Positions 12,905 to 26,408 of a stretch of DNA of 64,000 nucleotides are shown one piece after another (position 1 is the stretch's first letter; the number at the start of each line of letters is the position of its first letter). The notes under the pieces were generated by a model. It was not told the origin of the DNA, searched no databases, and was given only the letters and a program-made list of their open reading frames with translations. Source of the DNA: Chiloscyllium plagiosum (lineage: Eukaryota); assembly GCF_004010195.1 (NCBI RefSeq), contig NC_057750.1, positions 16,513,330 through 16,577,329 of the forward strand, read 5' to 3'. Made by a program: the position numbers and the translations under genes.

Positions 12905-13560
12905 AGGATAGAATTTAATTCTCTCCCCTGGGGTGAATTTGGTGATGTAGAGAAGGGACATTTAATCAGGTAGGAGAATGGCAAGTGAGAACTCTGCCTC
13001 AACATCAGTTAAGTGCCACAGAAAGGCCTGCGGATAGCCTACCCACCCCGCTACCAATTGAAGCCCATATCTTGGCAATTAATGCCCATTAAGTGTCTCA
13101 CCTTGCTGCTGTTGGTATTAGCTCAGTGGCAGTGGGGGTACTAGCCACATGGATAGCCTGCAAAATAAACCGTGATTATGCTGGGGCCTTCAAGGTTTCC
13201 CTCGTTGTCAGGCACTCAGTGTCTAATCAGCGGAACTCACAATTGGGAAGAGGAGGGAAGTACTGCTGGGAGCCACTCCCTTGGTCATGTTGCTAGTTCC
13301 CCCTCCTCACACTCCGTGTCTTGTAGACTCCACTGCCATACTCTTCCCCCTACACCTGTGTCTATGGCAATCTTCGGCCTCTGTTGGCTGCATCATCTCT
13401 TCAGTGGCACTGCTGATCAATATGACTGCCAGCCTCTGATTGGTGAGCTGCTCTCAGTGGGCAAAACTTCCACCTCCTGGAGTCCTTGATCTTAGGGAAG
13501 GCTGTGCCACCACTGCCCAGTTAAATGTCAGATTGGCACTTAATTTGCAGACCACCTTAA
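12905..13560. mobile_element. Possible decayed Harbinger-type non-autonomous element
   Basis: CCAATTGAAGCCC..GGCAATTAATGCCCATTAAG and GGCACTTAATT motifs recalled from shark non-autonomous DNA elements; no clean TIR found. Confidence 0.3.
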
Positions 13561-14039
13561 TTGTTCCTCACCTGGTGGACAAGACTCCTTTCACCTAATT
13601 GATTACCTAACTCTGAGGTAAGATATTCATGATTAAAAATAGGTAATAATTATACTTTGACTTGGGAAAACGTGGTTAGGAAGATTAGGAGTTCAACTTT
13701 ACAAGATTTTGAAAGCAATGCTTTATGTAGGTTATCATGAACACTCTGTAGGCAGCACTATCATCACAATTAGATGGTTGTACAATTAAATCGTTCTGCA
13801 CAGAGTTGAGTGCTTAATCTAGACTGACACTCTCCTGTGGAAATGCTACATTGTTAACAAATGCAAGAACAAAAGAGATAGCAGCATGAGGCCATTTGAC
13901 TCCTCGAACCAACTCCACCAGTCAGTAAGGATGTAATTGTGACTTCAGCTCCATTTTCCTGGCTGCGACCCCCTTTCCCCACCATAGCCCTAGACTCCCT
14001 TGTTGATCTGAACATTATTTAACTCAGTCTTGAAATGAG

Positions 14040-14260
14040 ATAAAAACAATGACTGCAGATGCTGGAAACCAGATTCTGGATTAGTGGTGCTGGAAGAGCA
14101 CAGCAGTTCAGGCAGCATCCAAGGAGCAGCGAAATCGACGTTTCGGGCAAAAGCCCTTCATCAGGAATAGATGAAGGGCTTTTGCCTGAAACGTTGATTT
14201 CGCTGCTCCCTGGATGCTGCCTGAACTGCTGTGCTCTTCCAGCACCACTAATCCAGAATC
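14040..14260. mobile_element. PLE family A insertion with inverted pseudo-LTR pair
   Basis: Arms 14072-14162 and 14170-14260 are near-perfect reverse complements; TSD CAGTCTTG(A/C)AATGAG at 14025-14039 and 14260-14274. Confidence 0.9.
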
Positions 14261-14644
14261 AGTCTTGCAATGAGCCAGCTCCACAGTTCTCTATGTAAGA
14301 GTGTTCCAAACACCAATGACCCTCTGAAAGAATAAATTTCTCCTTGTCTCTGTCTTAAATGAGGTCCCCTTATTTTTAAACTGTGAACCTATGTTCGAAA
14401 TTTCCCCCATAAGGGGAAGCATCCTCTCTCAGTATCTACCCTTCAAGGCCCCTCAAGATCTTTATAGATATCTGATCGACATGGGTGAGTTGGACGAAGG
14501 GTCTGTTTCCGTGCTGTACATGTCTGTAACTCTAATAAGATCACGTCTTATTCTTGTAATTCTAATAAATATAGTCTCAAACTGCTGAACAATTCCTCAT
14601 AGGTCAATTACTTCATTCCAGGAATCAACCTCAAAAATCATTTG

Positions 14645-14905
14645 GGGGCGGCACGGTGGCTTAGTGGCTAGCACTGTGCTCTGGTGCTCCGGTTTCCTCC
14701 CACAATCCAAAGTTGTGCAGGTTAAGGTGAATTGGCTATGCTAAATTGCCCATAATGCTCAGGGATGTGTAGGTTGTGCATTACTCAGGGGTAAATGTAG
14801 GATAATAGGGGAGGGAAATGGGTCTGGATTGGTTACTCTTCAGAGGGGTGGTGTGGACTTGTTGGGCTGAATGGCCTGTTTCCACACTGTAGGGATTCTA
14901 TTCTA
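14645..14905 (+). mobile_element. HE1-like V-SINE with internal deletion
   Basis: A-box head GGCGGCACGGTGGCTTAGTGG joined directly to the V-domain GGTGCTCCGGTTTCCTCCCAC. Confidence 0.85.
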
Positions 14906-15379
14906 TCACTGAACTATTTCCAATGCAAGTATGTCCCTCGTTAACCAAGGGAGCCATAAGCAATGTCACATCAACCATAGTGGATACTGTGACTACTTGA
15001 AAAAGAGGGAGTTCTCTGTGTCATTGGACCACAGTTACCTTTGATAATTAATCACTTACTCATTGCTGGATGAGTGAATTTGCTGGTTGCACAATGGCTA
15101 CTGAATTTTTCCTGCGTTACAACAACAATTCCACTGCAGTGGTTGTAATGCACATTTGGAGATTGTGAAAGGAACTATGTAAGTGCAGGTTCTTTCAAAA
15201 CAAATTGAATAGCTTTTTTTAATAATAGATTTAGACTTACAATTTGACCTGCTCTAGGTTTTATAGCTAATGGGCCCTAAAGTGTTGCTTGCCAGCCATG
15301 TGACAGAGACAGCCTGCTTTCTTAAAGGGAAGCTGCACAAAAATAGTACCACAATGTAAATTATTCTGAAACAAGCACC

Positions 15380-16010
15380 AAGCAGAGAGAAGGTTCCAGA
15401 ATAACAGGTGAGGCACTGGAAGCACAAGTGATGGAGGTGGAGAGGAGAAGAAATGCCATTGTTTCTCTGAGGCATCAAAGACCACCCTCCAAAAGGAGTA
15501 CGAGAGCATGTCTGGAGCTGAGCACCTGGCAGTATTGCTGCAAGAAGTTGTATGGTCTGATGTCAGTCAGTGGTCAGGGTCAGTGAATGAGTCTCCACAC
15601 AGCATTTCCCACCCTCCACAACACCATCCTCTGATACTGCTCAATATACTATGCTCTCATCATTTGCCCTGCATTCATGATCCCTGCCTTGTCCTCACAC
15701 AGCCAACTGTCATTCCACATCTTTTTTTAATGTATTCTTTCATGCAGCGGGGCAACAGCATTTGGTGCCTATTCCTAAATGTCCTGGGATTGCTAGACTC
15801 CATCTTGACACCCATCTCGCCTTCAGCCTGATCTCTGCCATGGTGAGCAACGTGCTGATGGTGTGACCATGGGAGTCCTGTTTCCTCACTCTAACCTTTC
15901 CCTCTGAGTTCCTGCTTTCAGACACCCATGAACTGCCACCTGCCCAACCATAGTGAACCAATGAAGAGGAGAGGGAATAACAGTACAGTGCTGCTGAAGA
16001 GGTACTGTTC
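15380..16010. mobile_element. Probable PIF/Harbinger relic (Myb/SANT-like ORF on +, transposase C-terminal remnant on -)
   Basis: + strand ALEAQVMEVERRRNA..STWQYCCKKL resembles Harbinger Myb-like ORFs; the convergent - strand remnant HTISTLLT..RLKAR is weaker. Confidence 0.4.
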
Positions 16011-16199
16011 CTTCAGCTAACACTCACTTCTGCCGCCTCAGGTACTGGCACTACACATCTCAGTGGAAAGATTAGAGTTGGGTTCAGCAAGTAGGTGTGT
16101 CAACGGGTATGAGTAGGCTGCAGGCAGGCTGGTGATAAGCAGTGGTATGCCAGCTGACTACAGTCACAAAGTAGTACTGATTGATTCATTGTGCAGTAC

Positions 16200-17020
16200 T
16201 GAGGTGCAGTGAAGAGCTTTGTTTACAACCAGTACAAGCAGATCATAGTAAGCAAGGTTGTACTGATCAACAAGGCTTAGACAGAGGCATACAGGTAACA
16301 TTGCACAGGGGGTGCATTAGGTGAGATCAGCGTTTTTTGAGGCTAGAGATTTCAGCCATCAATCTAATAACAGCTGGGAAGAAGCTGTTCCTGAACCTGG
16401 TGGTGCATGTGTTCTGTATCTTCTGCCTTACAGAAGAGATTGTAGGAGATCATTACCAGGGTGCGAAGGCGTCTTTGATGATGTTGGCAGCTTTTCCATG
16501 GCAGTGAGCCTTGTAAATGAAGTCCATGGATGAAAGATTGGCTTGTCTGATGGTCTGGGTTGTGCACACCACTTTCTGTAGTTTCTTATGGTCCTGGGCA
16601 GAGCAGTTGCCGTACCAGGCCATTATGCACCTGGACAGTATGCACTGCATGGTGCATCTGTCGAAGTCAGCGAAGGTGTTTATGGACATGCCAAATTTCC
16701 TGACCCGCCGGAGGAAGAAGAGGCATTGTTGTGCCTTCTTGACTGTCACATCCACATAGGAAGTCCAGGACAGTTTGTCAGTTATCGTCACTCCAAACAT
16801 TTGACACTCTTCCCCCCCCTCAATGTCAGTTCCATTGATGTAGATGCGAGCGTGTTATCCTCCTTCCTTTCTGAACTCAGTGATCAGCTTCTTCACTTTT
16901 GCCGATTTGAGAGAGAGGTTATTCTCATTGCATCACGTCACCAAGCTGTCCATCTCCCTTCTGTATTTTGACTTGTCATTGTTAGATATCCATCCCACTT
17001 ATGGTGCTGTTGTCATCAAA
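16200..17020 (-). mobile_element. Rex1/Babar-like LINE 3' fragment
   Basis: GVTITDKLSWTS..KKAQQCLFFLRRVRKFG..CIMAWYGNC (DUF1891-type region). Confidence 0.8.
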
Positions 17021-17948
17021 AGCACAACAGAACGTTGATGGGCACACACACTGAAAATGTTGGTCAATGGATGTACAGCCTCCTGTCACTATCAAGGAGT
17101 AATAATGAGTCCAACTCCAGTGTGGTATGGGTATTATTGCAGAATTTGCCCTGGTGGCACTGGGGTGTTTGCAGTGGTAGCTATAGCGGTGGCAGCATGA
17201 TGGTTCCAGTTGGTTCCTCGTGCCTATGCGGCAATGTGGCAGCTTTGGGCACCGACTGAAGTGGCGACATCTCAAACGACAGCTTCAGTGTTGGCAACTT
17301 GGTGAGTCCGTTCTGTCCCTCTTGCTCTGGTGGTTTTGCAGTGGCTTCAGTGTTGGCTTTGGTGGTGGCAGCATGGTGGGTCCAGTTCAGAAATCCTTGC
17401 TTTGGCAGCCTCAGGGATGGTTTCAGCAGCAGCATCTTGTAGCCACTCCATAAACTCAGGAGCCATGGAGGGAACAAAAGATGAACTTTGTCTTAACTTT
17501 GTCACAATTATTTCTTCTTATAATGTTCGTAATTAAAATGGTGCTGAATTGGGGCAACTTGTACACATCTCACGGTATTTTCAAAAAAACAATAAACAAT
17601 AAATTGGGATTCTATTCTGTTCTGTTCTGTGTTACTCGGGCTATTCTATTCTATTACTCTCCACAGCTTCTGCTCCTTTTCTCTATCATGCTGCAGATCC
17701 AGAGTCATGGCTGCCGTTGCTCCCATATCCTGTTGCTTCCTTAGTGTGAACAATATCACCTGTTCCACTGTAAGGCTACTCCTGAAAGGATGTAGCAATT
17801 CCCAAATCAGCTCACCATCTCTACAGTCTCTCTTGGATACTCCAAACATTTTACACTGAAAAATGAGGGACTTGGTCCTTTTAGTAACTACGATAACCTG
17901 CACCTTGTAGTCTGACTCTTTATTCTTGGCAGGAACAATGTATGTGCA

Positions 17949-18742
17949 GTCATAGAGATGTACAGCATGGAAACAGACCCTTTGGTCCAACCTGTCCATG
18001 CCGACCAGATATCACAACCCAATCTAGTCCCACCTGCCAGCACCCGGCCCATATCCCTCCAAACCCTTCCTATTCAGAAACCCATCCAAATGCCTCCTAA
18101 ATGTTGCAATTGTACCAGCCTCCATCACTTCCTCTGGCAGCTCATTCTGTACACATACCACCCTCTGCGTGAAAAAGTTGCTCTTTAGGTCTCTTTTATA
18201 TCTTTCCCCTCTTACCCTAAACCTATGCCCTCTAGTTCTGGACTCCCCGACCCCAGGGAAAAGACTTTGTCTATTTATCCTATTCATGCCCCTCATAATT
18301 TTGTAAACATCTAGAAGGTCACCCATCAGCCTCCAACGCTCCAGGGAAAACAGCCCCATTCTGTTCAGCCTCTCCCCATAGCTCAAACCCTCCAACCCTG
18401 GCAACATTCTTGTAAATCTTTTCTGAACCCTTTCAAGTTTCACAACATCTTTCGGATAGGAAGGAGACCAGAATTACATGCAATATTCCAACAGTGGCCT
18501 AACCAATGTCCTGTACAGTCACAACATGACCTCCCAACTCCTGTACTCAATGCTCTGACCAATAAAGGAAAGCATACCAAACGCCTTCTTCACTATCCTA
18601 TCTATCTGCGACTCCACTTTCAAGGAGCTATGAACCTGCACTCCAAGGTCTCTTTGTTCAACAACATTCCCTAAGACCTTACCATTAAGTATATGAGTCC
18701 TGCTAAGATTTGCTTTCCCAAAATGCAGCACGTCGCATTTAT
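17949..18742 (-). mobile_element. CR1 (HER1-like) LINE, 5'-truncated
   Basis: KCDVLHFG..QRDLGVQV..LERVQKRFTRMLPGL..TRGHRFR..FFTQRVV; 3' end CTCTATGAC. Confidence 0.92.
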
Positions 18743-18771
18743 ATCTCAAACTTAGGGTTGTGGCATCACAC

Positions 18772-19105
18772 AGGGGGAGAAATGGCCTAGTGGTATTCTG
18801 ACTAGATAGTTATCTATAAATTCTGCTAATATTCTGCGGATATGGATTCAAATCCCACCCTAGCAGGTGGTGACATTTGAATTCAGTAAAGAATCTGGAA
18901 GTATGGGTAAAATGATGATTGTCAGAAAATACTCATCTGGTTCACTAATGCCCATTAGGGAAGGAAGCCTGCTGTCTTCAAATCTACTAAATGTGACTCA
19001 AGACCCACAGCAATGCAGTTGACTCTTAACTGCCTTCTGGGCATTTAGGAATGGACAATAAATGTTGGCCGAGTTAGAGGGGTCCACATTCTGTCAGTGA
19101 AAAAA
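18772..19105 (+). mobile_element. tRNA-derived SINE family B
   Basis: A-box TGGCCTAGTGG, B-box GGATTCAAATCCC, body shared with other family B copies. Confidence 0.7.
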
Positions 19106-20009
19106 ACGTTCGTTAGGCTGTGTGATATCAGGGTAAAACTGAATCACCATCTTGCAGTTCATACAGGAGGTAGAGGGTGGAGACACAGCTGATTATGTCC
19201 TGAGCCCCGATTCTCAAAATGCACCACATTAGCTATGCAGGAAGGAGACACTTGTGGCAAGGCTCAACCTTAACACCAAGTGCCAGGTGCCCAGAGTTGT
19301 GCCCATTATATTGCAAGGTAATTATAAAACCTTAATGGGGCACAGTTGGAATATTGTGTGTAATTTTAGGCTGCACGCTGTCGGAAGGATGTTGAGACAA
19401 TAGAGAGGTTATAGCACAGATTCCCTGGAATGCTGCCTGGTATGAGGAAATGTAACGACATGGAAAGACAGAACTTGCATATTGCTGAGAAAAAAAGAGA
19501 CATACTATCATGGTTTTTCATCTTGCATTGAGCAAGACAGATGCAAGAATACCGGATTTCAAAGGGAGCAACAATTTCCACTGCACGAGGAAAGGGTTGC
19601 TGATTGGTTGGCGAATCAACTCTGATTGGCCACGATGTCGTTATGGAGATTCACCAGGGAACTATTGTCCCTCACATTTTTATTTAATCCATAAAAAAGC
19701 GCTATGCCTGGAAACGCTCTCTTTCCTTATAAACACATTCCTGAATACAACTATTTGTAGCTTCTATTAAATGTATGTGAGCCACATTATGAGCCGAACT
19801 GAGTAATTTCAAATAGCTGGTTACTGTGCTAAGAATTATAAGAAAATACTACCACTTGTATTCTGATATCGTAAACCTGAAGAGTCGAAGATACAATTCA
19901 GGGGTTTTACTGTACCGAGAAATATAAGAAAATGAAGATGATGCATTATAAGTTCATCTTGAATAACGAGAGCTGCTAGAGCAGGTCAGAGGCTAGAAAT
20001 GTTGCAGTG

Positions 20010-20565
20010 AGTAATTCTCCTCCCGACTCCCCCAATACTTGATCACAGTCTACAAGGCATAAGTCAGGAACGTGATGGAATACTCACCATTTGCCTGGGT
20101 GAGTGCGACTCCAACAACACTCAGAAAACTCAACGCCATTAATGACAAAGCAGCCTGCTTGATTGGTACCATATCCATAAACACTCACTCTGTCCACCAC
20201 TGACACATAGCAGTCACCGTGTAAACCATCTATAAGATGCACTGAGGCAACTTGTCAAAGCTCTTTCAACAGTATCTTCGGGAATTTGTGACCTTTACCA
20301 TCTAGAAGGACAGGGGCAGACAATGCATGGCAATATCACCACTTGCAAGGTCCCCTCCAAGCCACTCACTATCCTGATTTTGAAATATTTTGCTATTTCC
20401 TGTCACTGGCTCAGTATCTTGGGACTGTCTCCCTAATAGCACTCAGATGCAAGGAAGTCCCAAGACTGCAGCAGATCAAGAACACAGCTCACCATCACCT
20501 TCTCAGAGGGCAGTTCAGGATGGATGATACATGCAGGCCCAACAGTGATATCTATATCCTGTGAG
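20010..20565 (+). mobile_element. Decayed CR1-superfamily LINE 3' part
   Basis: TACAAGGCATAAGTCAGGAACGTGATGGAATACTC (YKA.VR..MEYS); similar to 2860-3340. Confidence 0.6.
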
Positions 20566-20894
20566 CAAAGATTGTTTGAGGCCATATTGGGTGCTAAGTA
20601 AATGTAAGATTGTCTTTTTTCAAACTATTTTGTCTGTGTTGTTACATTGATGGAGCTGTACCATTTATACATTTTGTACAGTTTAACCCAAAATACCCTG
20701 CCCTGTTTATCATAGGGCTACATTTGTTTTCCATTTTAAGTATATTTGGCCAACATTTTCAGGGAATTATGCAACATTTGTGACTTGCAATTTTTTTTGT
20801 TGTAACTTTTACAGTAAACACTGGGTTCAGAGATTTTTAAAAAAGGGAACTTTTCACAGGCACTTCCATTACCTTCTGGAATGACTTGTTTTCT

Positions 20895-21085
20895 TTGTGT
20901 GTGTTCATATGTATCTGTGTGGGTGCATGTGAATGTATGTGCCCATGTATGTATGTATACATATATGTATGCATGTTTTTTTTAGTGTAAACGTGTCTGC
21001 ACATTTGAGTGTTTGAGTCTGTGCACGTATATGTGTATGTGTCCTTACATGATGGGTGTATGTGTTTTTCTCTGCTGATGTGTGA
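20895..21085. repeat. Degenerate (TG/TA)n low-complexity tract
   Basis: GTGT/ATGT-rich run. Confidence 0.8.
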
Positions 21086-23551
21086 ACTAACACTTGGATT
21101 GTCTATTCCCAACGATTAGGGAGGAAGCTGAGTTTAATTTGCGTGTTTCTTGTTGAGTGGGCTCCATGCACGTCAGCACCAGCCCTCCCTTATCCACGAG
21201 CTCCCCTTCCCCTTCCCCTGATGCACACACACTCCGCGATAAAGAAGGTACTTTCCGAATCAGGAAAGTACATGTTGGGTGGCTGTTTCCCACACTTCAA
21301 CCATTCGCTAACAGGAAGAAGAAGTAAAGATCTCCTCACAAGGGTTTATTGCATGTCACAAACTACTTCCAAGTTGGTTCAAATGAGTGACTCTGAAGCT
21401 TCTCTTCGGCTAATTTCAGTGATAAATAATTTTGCCCAAGTCTATTTAACACTCTCCTGCCCCACTCTCTCCTCCAATGTTCAAGTTGCCAGCCATATTG
21501 AGCAGATTCCTCGACATTTCACCACATGACTTGCTATCTCCAGCGACACCGCATATCATTGGCTGCCTCACAGCTCACCACTTTCTCATAGCCACTGGAA
21601 AGTTACCCAACCAACTCTTTATCAAACCAGCCTTTTACTCCCATGTCTAATCATTTATAACATTAAAGCAAACTTTAAAAGGACAAATGTTTGTTATTCT
21701 CTCCCCCCCCCCCCTCTTTTTTGTTTGCTCCTGGATGTTATTCATTGTGCAAAGTGCAAGGGATTTCTTTCCAATCTGATGAAGAATCACCGGATTCCTA
21801 AAGTGAACTCTGTTTCTTCCCACAGATACTGCTGGGCCTGCTGAGTTAGGTCAGTAATTTCTCTTTCTGCATCAGATTTCCAGCATCTGCAGTTCTTTGT
21901 TTTGTGATTTGTATCCAATGCCCAGTTGCTGCAGCCCCGCAAATTCTGAAAAGCAGTCATACCTAACCTGAAGTGTTCACCCTATTTCTATTAGCTCAGA
22001 TACTGCCAGACCTGCTCAGTTTCTCCAACACTCTGTGTTAGTTCCAGCACAACCCTGCCGGCTCGTCACCCTTTTGGGAACAATCTCGTGGCCATGTTCA
22101 CTACCTCTGGCTGCTTGCCAATGGCCTTTATTCCAGTTCCCCGCCACCAGCCTGGGAACGGAAAACTTAATGGCATTGTTTGGCAAGTGTCTACTGTGTG
22201 GTAGCTCTGCGAATCGCAAGCGATGGGGAGAAATGACTGCAAATTGGAAAGAATAGCAAGATCTCAGGGCGGAGACTGAAATCTTCCGTAAAGTAGTTTC
22301 CTCTTCTGTGGTACTGTTCTTGATGGTGAGAAAGTGGCAGTGCAAACAGCGCCATGAACAGGGGAAGAAGCATCAGCCAGAGTTTTCACTTCGAGTCACA
22401 ATTACACTCAACTTTGACTGTAAAAACACAAGGCTGCACTAATACATGGTCCTGAAGTCTAAACAGCAATTAAAGTAGCAACTGCATTTACCTTCCAATG
22501 TGATAGACTATTTCATTGTGATAGACCTTCCAATGTGATAGACTATTTAATCTGTCTCCAATCCTGTTTTAAATTATCATTCTTTAATATATTCACCTAT
22601 CTTTTATGGTATTGCCCAGAGCAAGTATGGCAGTAACGTTATATCGTATGGCATAGATTGTAATGGTCTGTTGCTAAAGTATAATGTATTGACAATAAAT
22701 GCTAATTCAGGACCTCCAAACTGCAGATTATGTGTCCCAGTGGGTCACAATGCAAGATTTTAGAGTTCAAAGTTCTGAGCTCCAAGGCAGCACTTGCTAA
22801 TTCCTGATAACTATGATGTCCCTTTACGTCTTCATTGTTTTTGGTAGTTGGTGTGGTTTCATGGACTGCTCTCTGAAGCCCAATCACTGCTACAAAAAAA
22901 TGGCCTGTGAATTGGTGGATGTTTTTCTCGAGAAGCCCTCCCTATTTAATGAACACTTTCAGTGCTCAGCTTGTGCTACCCAATCCCTACCCCCTCCCCT
23001 CCTGGACAGGAACTGAAGCACCCATCTATCCCCATCTCACCAACTCAAGCCTCCCTCTGTCCTGATCAAATCTCTCATAAACAACTCCACCATTGAATGT
23101 TCAGTCTGGGGTTGCATGAAATCTGAAGCATTAAGATAGGGTCAAACTGGGAAATGATATGAGAATTATTGTCTCTAACTAATTTAGAACTTCCCCTGTA
23201 GCTTGGGCAGATAACAGCAATAATACAATTTATATTTATGTGCTGCTTCTGATATAATGAAATGTCCCAAGGCTGCGTAAGGGGAGATTAGGCCAAATGA
23301 CCAAAACTTTGGACAGAAAGATAGGTTTTAAAGGTAAAAAAAGAAAGGTGGAAGGGAGGAGAGCTTTAGAGAGGGAATTCCAGAGGTGGAAACCCAGGCA
23401 GCTGAAGACAAGGCACAAGAAGCCTGAATTAGAGGAGCACAGATATTTTGGAAGATTGTGGGCTACTGAGATATGGAAGGGACAAGGCCATGGACAGATT
23501 TGAAAACAAGGATGAAAATTTAAAAATCAAAACACTGCTTACCCAGGAGTC

Positions 23552-23780
23552 AGTTGAAAAGTTTGGCGCTGGGAAAGCGCAGCAGGTCAGGCAGCATCTG
23601 AGGAGCAGGAGAGTCAACCTTTCAGACATAAGCCCTTCATCAGGAATGTGGGAGATCAGGGTGGGTGGAAGGGGCTGAGAGATAAATAGAAGGATTGGGG
23701 TGGGGGGAAGGTAGCTGGGAAGGCGATAGGTAGATGCAGGTTGGGGGTGGTGGTGATGGAGATAGATCAGAGGGGAGGGC
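23552..23780 (-). mobile_element. PLE family A pseudo-LTR
   Basis: CAGCAGGTCAGGCAGCATC..AGCCCTTCATCAGGAATG followed by the purine-rich segment. Confidence 0.8.
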
Positions 23781-24149
23781 CAGCCAGTAAGTCACTGAAT
23801 ACATGGGGCAATAAGGGAACAGGAGTCTCTGTATGTTAATACATTGGTAGTAGAGTTTCAGATGACCAAAAGTTTACAGAAGATAGAATGTAGGAAACCA
23901 GCCAAGTAAAGTATTAGAATAGTCGAATCTGGAAGAATGGATGAGGTTTCAAAAGCGGATGAATTGAGATAGGCACAGTCCCCCTTGTAAATTCATTCTA
24001 TTCATCACTCCCCCTTACCTATCACCCCACAGCCACCAACCACCCATCCAAGAAATCATCAGGAAATAATTATCACGCTTTTTATGTTGCCGTATTTTAG
24101 TGAGACTTAATGTGAAATGCTGAAGATGCAAAAGAGTCATATTGACATA

Positions 24150-24830
24150 TTCGATATCACTGAGTGTGTTGCCAAACATTCTGAAGAGGGGACAGGTGGA
24201 TCAAAAAGTTACGTCCATGTGGGAATCCATGATGTTGAAAGAAAATCTTTTGAGACCTTGAGGACAGAGTTTATGGAGCTCAGGAAGAAATCTAAGAGCA
24301 GGACCTCAAAGATAATAATCACTGGATTATTCCCAGTGCCAAATGGTACTGAGTGAGTGAGTACGGAGGATAAACCAAGTGAGCAAATAACTGGAGAAAT
24401 ATGCAGAAGGGAAGAATTTAGATTCCTTGGGCATCGGGAGCAACTCTGGGACAGGACAAACCTGTTCAAGGTGGAAGGGTGAAATGCAATGAAGTCCAGA
24501 ATCGTCATGAGAGATATTTAGTGCAGCTAAGGAAGGCCTAAACTAATTTAGTAGGAAGTGAACTCCAGGGTAAAATATTAGTTGGGCTAATGTGAGGCAG
24601 TGACTGATGGTTTAGAGAGTAGATGTGTGAGTGCAAAACAAACAGTGAATAAGCTTCATGAGAGTCAGACAGATATAACCACAAGGGACTATGATTTAGT
24701 ATTAATAACAGACACCTGGTTCAGAATAGCTTAGGAGAATCAGGGACAATATTCCTAGCTACAAAACATTCAGGAAAGATAAGGATGGAAAAATTGGAGG
24801 GTTTTCCATTTAAAGAAGTTATTATAATGT
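24150..24830 (+). mobile_element. CR1 ORF1 esterase domain and ORF2 start remnant
   Basis: VHVGIHD..KSRTSKIIITGLFPVP resembles the CR1 ORF1 SGNH esterase. Confidence 0.65.
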
Positions 24831-25599
24831 TAGCGAGGGATGAGGGCCCATTGAATCCATCTTATTAAAATGAAGAAAGGAGGTCTTGTGGTATAGTAGG
24901 TAGTGCTCCTGGCACTGAGCCAGAATCTCTGGGTTTCAATCCCACTTCAGTACCAGATGGGCATAGAAAGTGTGTCATAACTTGGCCAAACAGGTTAATT
25001 ATTAATCTCTAAATTCTTAGAGTGGGAGAATTCCTGGTCAGCCAGAGCTAGGTGGTAACTGCACCAAAACAGCTTCCATATATTAAGAGACTCCATCCCA
25101 GTATCATTGATGTCTGTCAATGGGGGCCAACATCAACACAAGGGGTTACAGGGAAGAGTGGATAAAAGGAAGGAAAATAGAGAAGTTAATACATCACTGA
25201 GTGTATACACAAGGCAAATATTGAGAGGGAGATAGAGGAAATTAGCATAAAGTTGCCAGTGGTAAAGACTATTTCAATTAGCTTGATATTGACAGTGTAA
25301 AGGATTGGGTTGGAGTGTATGGTAGAACTTTGTGTATTTCTCGGCACTGAGTTGGATCTGGCTTTGGGGAATGAATCAAGTGTATGCAGCATTTTGAGTA
25401 GGAGAGTATCTGGCAAACAGTGAACACAATATCATTAGGTTTGGGAAAGCTGTGCAAAAGGACAAGGAACAATCAAATGCAAAAAATACTTAATTGGAGA
25501 GGAATTAAAATTTTTATCTCACTGTCCCCTCGGCTTACAGTCTCGTTCCTGATGAAGGGAATTTGCCTGAAACATCGACTATCCTGCTCCTCGGATTAC

Positions 25600-25907
25600 T
25601 TAGAATACTTAAAGTGTGGAAACAGGCCCTTCGGCCCAACAAGTCCACACCAACCCTCCGAAGAGCAACCCACCCAGACCCATTCCCCTACATTTACCCC
25701 TTCACCTAACACTACGGGACAATTTAGCATGGCTAATTCACCTTACCTGTACATTTTTGTGTGTAAGGAGGAGGAAACCGGAGCTCCCGGAGGAAACCAA
25801 CGCAGACACAGGGAGAACGTCCAAACTCCACACAGTCAGTTGCCAGAGGCGGGAATTGAACCCGGGTCTCTGGCGCTGTGAGGCAGCAGTGCTAACCACT
25901 GTGCCAC
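25600..25907 (-). mobile_element. HE1-like V-SINE, near full length
   Basis: Reverse complement of GGCACAGTGGTTAGCACTGCTGCCTCACAGCGCCAGAGACCCGGGTTCAATTCCC plus V-domain; preceded by a short PLE end at 25546-25597. Confidence 0.88.
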
Positions 25908-26408
25908 TCCCCAACCCTGTCCAACACCACCCCTCCTGCCCCCCAGGCCCCCCCACCCCCCCAACACCATTCAACACTGTCCCCTGCACTCCCCCACTCC
26001 TACCTCCTCTCCAGGGCAGCCGAACTGGACACCAACAACAAGACTGCTGCTGCTGCCGCCTTTTGGAAGGGTGAGTCTCCAAATTTCCCACGCGACACAC
26101 ACACACATAATGTTTTACTGCAATGTTTTCTCAGGTTCTGCCTTTACCGTGTACAGGACAATGTTGGACAGATTATCTGGGGAAGGAGTGTTTTGGGTAC
26201 ACGCCTGTGTAGAACTCCAAGGGAAGTGTATGGGGAGGGAGAGAGGGGGCGGGAGGTCAGTTATTTGGAGATGGTGCCCGGGCCTCCATTGATGTCCAGG
26301 ACTGTTCTTGGCAGCATTTCAGTAGCTGAGTTCACGTTTAATCACTGTAAACAAAAGGCACGATCAATGTTGGCCCATCGAGCAGCACATCGAGTCTGCT
26401 CTATTATT

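Noticed and set aside
22488..22547. Short direct repeat CCTTCCAATGTGATAGACTATTT x2
   Set aside because: Ordinary slippage microduplication with no further structure.
25616..26106. Pro/Gly-rich collagen-like ORF
   Set aside because: Antisense SINE plus a C-rich low-complexity tract; no sustained Gly-X-Y periodicity.
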